Position numbers and translations under genes: made by a program. From positions 2,220,257 to 2,250,256 of the forward strand of contig NZ_CP060635.1 of assembly GCF_014337215.1 (NCBI RefSeq): a stretch of DNA of 30,000 nucleotides, in the 5' to 3' direction. Source of the stretch: Wansuia hejianensis. Lineage in GTDB: Bacteria; Bacillota; Clostridia; Lachnospirales; Lachnospiraceae. Shown one piece after another: positions 24,441 through 30,000 of this stretch; the stretch's first letter is position 1, and the number at the start of each line of letters is the position of its first letter. Below the pieces are notes generated by a model. It did not search any database, had not been told where the DNA came from, and saw only the letters and a program-made list of their open reading frames with translations.

Positions 24441-26384
24441 TCAGTATTTCACATTATTTCTCGTTGTGGTAAAGGCTTTGCCGCAGTTCTCGCAGACGCA
24501 TTCCCGCTTTCGGTTTTCCGCCGCTTCCTGCCGGTAAAATTTTGCCCGGCAGTTTGGGCCGCAGAACAGCGTGTTTGACCGTCTGGATTCAAACTCTTTC
24601 CCACAGCATTTACAGGTCAGCCTGAACGGCTGTCCCACAGCGTGTTCACCGGCTTTGATTTTCTGATACCGTTCCCGGCTTTTTATGCGGTGTCGTTTAA
24701 GCAGCTCCTGCCGCTTGATTTCCTCCGGCGTCAGTTCCGGGGCGGGCAGTTCAAACCGTCCGATGAATTTCAGGTAAATCTCCACCTCCTGCACCCGATC
24801 CCCGTCGATCTTCTCCGGGGCATGGACAATAATCTTGTCAATAAACTCGTTGATCATCGGAGTGGTCAGCTCGGAAAAATCAGTGTATTTCTTTGCCAGC
24901 GAAAGGAACTGCGCCGCACGGTCGGTATCTTCCTCAAAAGCGGATACCTGCTGTTCGGCCTCCGCAGCCGATATTTGAAGCGATTTCTGTTCCGCTTCAT
25001 ACTCTGCCAGAAGACTGTCAAAGCGATCTTCTGAAATGCGCCCGACAGCAAAGGATTCGTAGAGCTTTTTGATGATGGTATCCAGCTCGGCAATGCGCTT
25101 TTTGTCCTTGCTTAGTTTCCGCTTGGCTTCCTTTGCGGCTTCCGCCTGCCGTATCCGGGAAGCGGAGCGTACCTTTTTCATAAATTCATCCTGATTGGTA
25201 ATGGCAAAGGTACTTGCTGTACGGATGGTTTCCAGAATCAGCTCTCTGACCGCTTTTGTCCGAATATAGTGGCCGCTGCAAGCGTGGGTGCGCTTTTGGT
25301 GTGCCAGCGTATAGGAGGAGCAGTCAAAGAAGTCTGACGGGTACGGCTTTTTCGCTGTACCGCCTCTGGAGCGGTGGTTATACATCTTTTCGCCGCAGTC
25401 GGCGCAGCACAAAAGCCCGGTCAGAGGATTTGCCTCGCCGATGGTGTCAATGCGTTTGGGCGTTTTCCGCAGCTTCTGCGCCAGCTCCCATGTCTCCTTA
25501 TCCACAATAGCTTCGTGGGTGTTTTCAAAAATCAGCCATCCATCTTTTGGGTTAGGGACACTGCTCTTATCCTTATAGGATACCTTGTGAGAACGGAAGT
25601 TCACTGTATGTCCCATATACTCCTGCTTGGATAAAATCTGCCCGACCATATAGCCGCTCCAGTTATACGGGTTGGGAAATTCCTTCCTGCTCTTCCAGAC
25701 GCCCATTCCTTTTTTGCCGAAGTAAACGGCGGGCGTTTCCACTTGCTCATCAAAGAGGATGCGGGCAATCTCATACGGGCCGTTTCCCTCAATGGTCAGG
25801 CAGAATATCTTGCGGACAACTGCGGCGGCTTCCTTGTCGATCAGCCAGTGGTATTTGTTCTGTGGATCTTTTTTGTATCCGTAAATAGCAATATTGGTGG
25901 TCGGCTTGCCGGATTCGCCTTTCACCCGGACAGCGGCTTTCTGCTTGCAGCTCAGATCCCCTAAATACCACTCGTTCATGATATTCAGGAAAGGCGCAAA
26001 CTCATTGCTGTTCTGGTCGTTGCTGTCCACACTATTTGCAATGGCAACAAAGTGTACGCCGTGCTGCCGGAAAAACACCTCAGTATAAAAGCCGGTTTGC
26101 AGATAATCACGCCCCGCCCGGCTCATATCCTTTACGATGACGTGCGCTACTTTCCCAGCCTCAATATCCGCAATCAAATCTTTCCATGCCGGGCGGTCAA
26201 AATTGCCGCCCGAATACCCGTCGTCGGTGTAGTGGACAAGATTTTCGTAGCCCTGCTGGCGGGCATAGGTTTCGAGGTATTTTTTCTGATTGATGATTGA
26301 ATTGCTGTCCCCGGTCAGTTCATCGTCACGGGACAGCCTTTCGTATAATGCTGTGATCTTTCCTTCCGTCTGTTTCACGCTCAT
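24441..26384 (-). CDS. Large serine recombinase (resolvase catalytic domain + recombinase/zinc-ribbon + DUF4368-like region + C-terminal zinc ribbons)
   Basis: The N-terminus ALYERLSRDDELTGDSNSIINQKKYL...YTDDGYSGGNFDRPAW...VIVKDMSRAGRD includes the catalytic Ser region. Later come CCADCGEKMYNH and KIIVHAPEKIDGDRVQEVEIYLKFIG. The ATG forms an ATGA overlap with the tnpW stop. Confidence 0.92.
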   Translation of the reverse strand: MSVKQTEGKITALYERLSRDDELTGDSNSIINQKKYLETYARQQGYENLVHYTDDGYSGGNFDRPAWKDLIADIEAGKVAHVIVKDMSRAGRDYLQTGFYTEVFFRQHGVHFVAIANSVDSNDQNSNEFAPFLNIMNEWYLGDLSCKQKAAVRVKGESGKPTTNIAIYGYKKDPQNKYHWLIDKEAAAVVRKIFCLTIEGNGPYEIARILFDEQVETPAVYFGKKGMGVWKSRKEFPNPYNWSGYMVGQILSKQEYMGHTVNFRSHKVSYKDKSSVPNPKDGWLIFENTHEAIVDKETWELAQKLRKTPKRIDTIGEANPLTGLLCCADCGEKMYNHRSRGGTAKKPYPSDFFDCSSYTLAHQKRTHACSGHYIRTKAVRELILETIRTASTFAITNQDEFMKKVRSASRIRQAEAAKEAKRKLSKDKKRIAELDTIIKKLYESFAVGRISEDRFDSLLAEYEAEQKSLQISAAEAEQQVSAFEEDTDRAAQFLSLAKKYTDFSELTTPMINEFIDKIIVHAPEKIDGDRVQEVEIYLKFIGRFELPAPELTPEEIKRQELLKRHRIKSRERYQKIKAGEHAVGQPFRLTCKCCGKEFESRRSNTLFCGPNCRAKFYRQEAAENRKRECVCENCGKAFTTTRNNVKY

Positions 26385-26596
26385 GATGCGCTCCTTTCAG
26401 ACTTCCGGCTCATTTGTGGCGATTTCATTATATCACAAGTTCCGGCATTTGTAACCGTTTCATTTCGGATCATTCGTAAAATTTTATCTTCCAGCGTTTC
26501 CTGTGCCGTTTCACTGAAACACACCCTGACTTTGTAGGTGGTGCCGCCGATCCGGCATGTCATATAGGAAGCGCTACTGTTTTCATTGTTTGCCAT
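26381..26596 (-). CDS. TnpW-like small transposon protein (family name from memory)
   Basis: CRIGGTTYKVRVCFSETAQETLEDKILRMIRNE. The ATG at 26596 lies 5 nt after AGGAGG. The ORF-track start at 26602 is a GTG inside that SD. Confidence 0.6.
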   Translation of the reverse strand: MANNENSSASYMTCRIGGTTYKVRVCFSETAQETLEDKILRMIRNETVTNAGTCDIMKSPQMSRKSERSAS

Positions 26597-26727
26597 AGGC
26601 ACCTCCTGTTGAAAAATTCATAAAATTTTCGTATAATGTCTTTGGTTCCGGCATGGTGTAACCATTTATGCGGCCGAAAGCGAACATTAGGGATAAATAA
26701 CCCTGCCGGTGCAGAAATGCCCCCGGA

Positions 26728-26750
26728 AAAGCCTTGTACCGCAAGGCTTT
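26728..26750 (-). terminator. Weak hairpin terminator after the Cys-rich VLP gene
   Basis: AAAGCCTTG-N5-CAAGGCTTT followed by TCC. The U-tract is short. Confidence 0.3.
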
Positions 26751-26765
26751 CCGAGGGCAAAAGCG

Positions 26766-27143
26766 TTACATCTGCTGTTGTTTTTTCTCCCGGTATTTCC
26801 GTACCCGTGCGGCGGTCTGCCTGCGCCGGGCTTCTTCGGCACAGCGCTGTGAACAGTACACCCGTTTCCCGTCAGCCGGGAACGGTTTGCCGCACTGCCT
26901 GCAAGCTGTTAATGGCATCGGCTCGCTGTTAAATACAGCTTGCAGCTTTGCGTCGGTCGGCAGCACTGCGCTGCGGAAATACCGGCACAGGGCGCTGTTT
27001 GTATAACAGATACCGAACATGGGACAGTTGCAGTCCAACGGCAGACATCCGTATTCCTTGTCGTAGTTGGCGCACAGGGAAGTAATCAGCTTTTTTATCC
27101 GCTGCTTTTCCCGGCCTGTCAGTTCACAGTTTTGGCTTGGCAT
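26766..27143 (-). CDS. Cysteine-rich VLP-domain protein
   Basis: 125 aa with CANYDKEYGCLPLDCNCPMFGIC...CRYFRSAVLPTD (the VLP motif), and the C-terminal zinc ribbon CRQCGKPF...YCSQRC. GGAGGAA lies 6 nt upstream. Confidence 0.75.
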   Translation of the reverse strand: MPSQNCELTGREKQRIKKLITSLCANYDKEYGCLPLDCNCPMFGICYTNSALCRYFRSAVLPTDAKLQAVFNSEPMPLTACRQCGKPFPADGKRVYCSQRCAEEARRRQTAARVRKYREKKQQQM

Positions 27144-27295
27144 TGGTCATTCCTCCTTCCTCACTGTCGGAAGTAATCTAAAACAAGAGAAACAGATTAC
27201 CCCCTCACTAAGAGGAGAAATACAGGGCAGTTAGCGGAACTGTTTTTTCGCAACATCAAAGAAATTTTGAACAATATTTCTGAAGGGAGGTTTCT

Positions 27296-28048
27296 GTGGT
27301 GTTTGAAGATGATTATGAAAACGACAGTGATGTCGAACAAGCTGGTTTATCCGGGCAGGCTCATAGGCAGCTTGTAAAAGAGCAGCGTCTCATTGAAGAG
27401 CTGGAAACCGATGCCGCAGAACATCCCTTTGAGGAAGATGCCGAAGAGAAAGAGCCGGAACGGAAGAGACTCAGGCGGGAATTGCAAGCGGAAGCCCTTG
27501 CCCGTCTGGAGGACGCTGCCAGAACGCAAAAGGATTTTGAAAATGTCATCGCATGGTGGGACAGGCTGGACGCTAACCGGGAGCGCAGGGAACGCTATCA
27601 CGAGCTCAGCCGCAACGGGGACGATCTTCCGTTAGAATACGGTGTGTCAGTGAATGAGCTCTTTTTCCCGGGCACACTAAACGGGGTGCTGGAAAAGCAG
27701 CTCCGAAAAGGGGATTTTCTTGATGTGATTTTCTGCTGTCCCTATGATATACACGAGCTTGTAGCGGAGGAAGAACTGTCACAAATCCTTTTGGAATTGA
27801 ATGAGGAACACAAGGAATTGCTGTTCCTCTGCGCCGTCCGGTTGTTCAGCTCCACACGGATTGCCAGAATACGGGGACAAAGCGACCGGAATATCCGCAA
27901 GGTGCGTGGCACAATGCTCAAAAAGATACGAAAAAAGCTGCTTGCCGCCCTGACGGACAAGGCAGAAAAGCAGCAGCCGATGACCTTGCTGGAAAAAGAA
28001 TTTTTAAGAGAGTGCGGACTGAAGGTTGATAACGGAACAAAGAAATAG
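27296..28048 (+). CDS. Hypothetical mobile-element protein with an acidic coiled N-terminal half and a sigma-70 region-4-like HTH
   Basis: GTG start 5 nt after GGGAGG. The C-terminal part ELLFLCAVRLFSSTRIARIRGQSDRNIRKVRGTMLKKIRKKL resembles a region 4.2 HTH. Confidence 0.5.
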   Translation: MVFEDDYENDSDVEQAGLSGQAHRQLVKEQRLIEELETDAAEHPFEEDAEEKEPERKRLRRELQAEALARLEDAARTQKDFENVIAWWDRLDANRERRERYHELSRNGDDLPLEYGVSVNELFFPGTLNGVLEKQLRKGDFLDVIFCCPYDIHELVAEEELSQILLELNEEHKELLFLCAVRLFSSTRIARIRGQSDRNIRKVRGTMLKKIRKKLLAALTDKAEKQQPMTLLEKEFLRECGLKVDNGTKK

Positions 28049-28110
28049 TATAATAGATAATATAAATTCGAGTTATTTAGGTTACAATATTAAGAGAGGC
28101 TTAGACTGAT

Positions 28111-28389
28111 ATGGGAAATATAAAAGCAGAAGAAGCAATGAGGGAATTAACGCTGATGCTGTTATATCTCTCAAGATTTTCGCAGGGAGAGAAGTTTCAC
28201 GAGGCAACCGATTTTTATGCGTGGAAAGGCTATGATTTTGATATACTGAACGAAATGGATGATGCGGACTATATCCGGTAAGGTAATCATCCGTCCCGTT
28301 CCAAGTCGGTATATATTACGGAAAGCGGCATGGAGCTGGCAAGAAAGCTTTTATCCAAGTACGGCATAAACGATTGGAAACAGGGGTGA
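28111..28389 (+). pseudogene. DUF6429-like small protein interrupted by an in-frame TAA (family name from memory)
   Basis: My own translation gives MGNIKAEEAMRELTLMLLYLSRFSQGEKFHEATDFYAWKGYDFDILNEMDDADYIR-TAA(28279-28281)-GNHPSRSKSVYITESGMELARKLLSKYGINDWKQG-TGA. Both halves are under 60 aa, so neither appears in the ORF track. Confidence 0.55.
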
Positions 28390-28393
28390 GAAA

Positions 28394-29305
28394 ATGACGA
28401 ACCTTTTTGAACGCACCAGTTCTCAATGGGTGCGGTACAGCGAATATGAATGGAAAGCGGCAGAGGATGGGACTCTGTATCTTACACCCACAAAAGCAGC
28501 GCAGCCGGGCATCTACGATCCTCTGGCGGAATACCGGCAGATCGTGCTGGACACCATCGACATCGGGCGCATGGGAATGGCAAAGAAACCGGATACGGAG
28601 ATCCAGACTGCTATCCGCCAATTTGCTGTAAAGTACGGGCTTTTCGGCCTGATGACCGCACTGCCCACCACACCGGATTTTATGGAATATGAAGCGGTGT
28701 ACCTGCCGAAAAACCATTTTATAAAAGCAGAAACGATGCCCACCGAAAAATACCTAGAACTTTTCTTTCCCTTTGACAAGCTGGATGTGATTAAACATGG
28801 AATCGAATCCATGTGGAATATCGAAAATGACCGTGTGATGATGGCGCTGGCGATGACCATGACGGACAAGCCGATGGCGGTCAATATGAGCTTTCAGTGG
28901 GAGTATGCGGAACGGTATGACTGGATGAAGCAGCAGTTCATCGACTGGGCGTTTACCTATGTCAACAGTATGCTTTATTATGAGGATTACGACACATTGA
29001 ACGAAGATACCCGTCGTCTTATGCAGCAGAGCATGGCAGCCTTTGGCGGCAATGCACCCACCTACCATATTGCTCTGCTGGATAAGCCGACCATTATCTG
29101 GGATTTCCATTCCCTGCTTTTGGGCATACAAATGATGTTCAGCTTTATGCTGACCGACAGCAAAAATCCGATCCGCCTTTGCAGGCACTGCACAAAAGCC
29201 TTTGTCGCAAGCAGGCCGAGCGCTGTGTTTTGCAGCCCGCAGTGTAAGAATAAGCACAATGTTTACAAGAGCAGGGCAAAGAAAACGAAATCGGAAGATA
29301 ATTGA
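28394..29305 (+). CDS. Hypothetical mobile-element protein (possibly DUF6076-like, unverified) with a C-terminal zinc ribbon
   Basis: 303-aa ORF ending CRHCTKAFVASRPSAVFCSPQCKNKHNVYKSR. It follows the previous gene after a 4-nt gap. Confidence 0.6.
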   Translation: MTNLFERTSSQWVRYSEYEWKAAEDGTLYLTPTKAAQPGIYDPLAEYRQIVLDTIDIGRMGMAKKPDTEIQTAIRQFAVKYGLFGLMTALPTTPDFMEYEAVYLPKNHFIKAETMPTEKYLELFFPFDKLDVIKHGIESMWNIENDRVMMALAMTMTDKPMAVNMSFQWEYAERYDWMKQQFIDWAFTYVNSMLYYEDYDTLNEDTRRLMQQSMAAFGGNAPTYHIALLDKPTIIWDFHSLLLGIQMMFSFMLTDSKNPIRLCRHCTKAFVASRPSAVFCSPQCKNKHNVYKSRAKKTKSEDN

Positions 29306-29322
29306 TGGGATGGTGATATACA

Positions 29323-30000
29323 ATGGCTGAAAATAAAAACAACCAACTACAAATCCGAAACAGCACGGTGGATTTCCTTGTATTTACGAACGACGCTCAC
29401 GAAGACGGCATTGAAGTCCGTGTGCAGGATCACGATGTATGGCTGACACAAAAGGCAATCGGCCAGCTTTTTGATGTGGACAGAAGCGTTGTTACAAAGC
29501 ACCTTAAAAATATTTATGAAAGCGGCGAATTGTCCGAAGATGCAACTTGTGCAAATTTTGCACAAGTTGCAGATAACGGGAAAACCTATCAATACAAATT
29601 CTATTCGCTGTCCGCTATTATCGCCATCGGCTACCGTGTCAACTCCGGCAGGGCAACACAATTCCGACAATGGGCAACAAAAGTGCTGGACACCTTTGCA
29701 AAGCAGGGATATGTCTTAGATAAAAGCAGACTGATCAACGGCCAGATCTTCGATGAGGATTATTTTGACCATCTGATTTCCGAAATACAGGAAATCAGGG
29801 CCAGCGAGCGCCGTTTCTACCAGAAAATCACGGATATTTATGCCACTGCCGTTGATTACTCCGTTGACAGTCAGATTACAAAAGATTTTTTTGCGACGGT
29901 ACAGAACAAGATGCATTATGCCGTTCACGGAAATACCGCAGCGGAGGTTATTGTGGCAAGGGCTGACCACACAAAGGAACATATGGGATTGACTTCATGG
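29323..30000 (+). CDS. RhuM-family protein (N-terminal ~225 codons; continues beyond the window)
   Basis: My own translation from the ATG at 29323 gives MAENKNNQLQIRNSTVDFLVF...VWLTQKAIGQLFDVDRSVVTKHLKNIYESGEL...KFYSLSAIIAIGYRVNSGRATQFRQWATKVL...ASERRFYQKITDIYATAVDY. The frame is open to the window end. Confidence 0.8.
   Translation, partial: MAENKNNQLQIRNSTVDFLVFTNDAHEDGIEVRVQDHDVWLTQKAIGQLFDVDRSVVTKHLKNIYESGELSEDATCANFAQVADNGKTYQYKFYSLSAIIAIGYRVNSGRATQFRQWATKVLDTFAKQGYVLDKSRLINGQIFDEDYFDHLISEIQEIRASERRFYQKITDIYATAVDYSVDSQITKDFFATVQNKMHYAVHGNTAAEVIVARADHTKEHMGLTSW

Larger units (their letters stand above)
23892..30000. mobile_element. Integrated mobile element (serine-recombinase type; ICE/IME or transposon-like), left portion only
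   Basis: A contiguous set of genes typical of clostridial mobile elements: DUF3847, a large serine recombinase, TnpW, Cys-rich VLP, a sigma-r4-like protein, DUF6429-like and DUF6076-like proteins, and RhuM. The left boundary is unresolved, somewhere in 23819-23891. The right end lies outside the window. Confidence 0.7.

Noticed and set aside
24208-24537. 109-aa plus-strand ORF between DUF3847 and the recombinase
   Set aside because: It starts at a non-ATG codon with no SD, runs through the recombinase terminator and is antisense to the recombinase tail. The translation is hydrophobic and low-complexity without any motif.
26560-26760. 66-aa minus-strand ORF overlapping the tnpW start region
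   Set aside because: It overlaps tnpW out of frame, has no SD, and contains the hairpin that follows the VLP gene.
1-30000. CRISPR arrays, tRNA/rRNA genes, IS elements with terminal inverted repeats, and recognisable defence systems (RM, TA, CBASS, retron, Abi)
   Set aside because: I found no regularly spaced direct repeats, no tRNA-like T-arm/acceptor signatures in the intergenic regions, and no transposase, RT, nuclease/ATPase or cyclase genes. The RhuM-family gene at the right edge is the only loosely defence-associated item, and it is incomplete.

Overview
About 50% GC chromosomal segment from a spore-forming Clostridia bacterium. It looks like a gut Lachnospiraceae-type genome, but that is an inference from gene content and protein similarity only. 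Left to right: (1) 1-3578, minus strand: MacB-type ABC efflux operon of adaptor, ATPase and permease. The HlyD/MacA-like adaptor is very long and is split by one in-frame TAG. (2) 3860-5759: operon of unknown function encoding a Zn-ribbon membrane protein, a DUF5685 protein and a J-domain protein with a cysteine-string tail. It is preceded by a ~310-nt highly structured non-coding region at 5861-6170. (3) sigG at 6313-7095. (4) 7399-9153: ammonium transporter fused to a P-II domain, with a structured AT-rich leader. (5) 9508-12867: FecCD/BtuCDF-type ABC importer whose ATPase carries an extra C-terminal domain. (6) 12999-14609: spoIIGA-sigE, with a Spo0A-box promoter that has an over-long spacer. 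(7) 14740-16391: type I dehydroquinase plus a YdiB-like shikimate/quinate dehydrogenase. (8) A small lipoprotein. (9) 17091-21830: operon of CoA-transferase, acyl-CoA dehydrogenase, EtfB and ferredoxin-fused EtfA, with a divergent SorC regulator and a QueG-like 4Fe-4S protein. (10) From ~23.9 kb to the window end: the edge of an integrated mobile element carrying DUF3847, a large serine recombinase, TnpW, a Cys-rich VLP protein, a sigma-r4-like protein, DUF6429-like and DUF6076-like proteins, and RhuM. No rRNA, tRNA or CRISPR array was seen. Most notable observations: gene content matching the E. coli ydiB-aroD-ydiF-ydiO-ydiQRST neighbourhood; the unclassified structured RNA; four in-frame nonsense codons at domain-internal positions in three genes; an anti-SD inverted repeat embedded in the spoIIG promoter spacer; a zinc-ribbon module shared by three mobile-element proteins; and an array of TTTGGTAT repeats. 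All family names come from reading the translations and from memory. No database search was possible.
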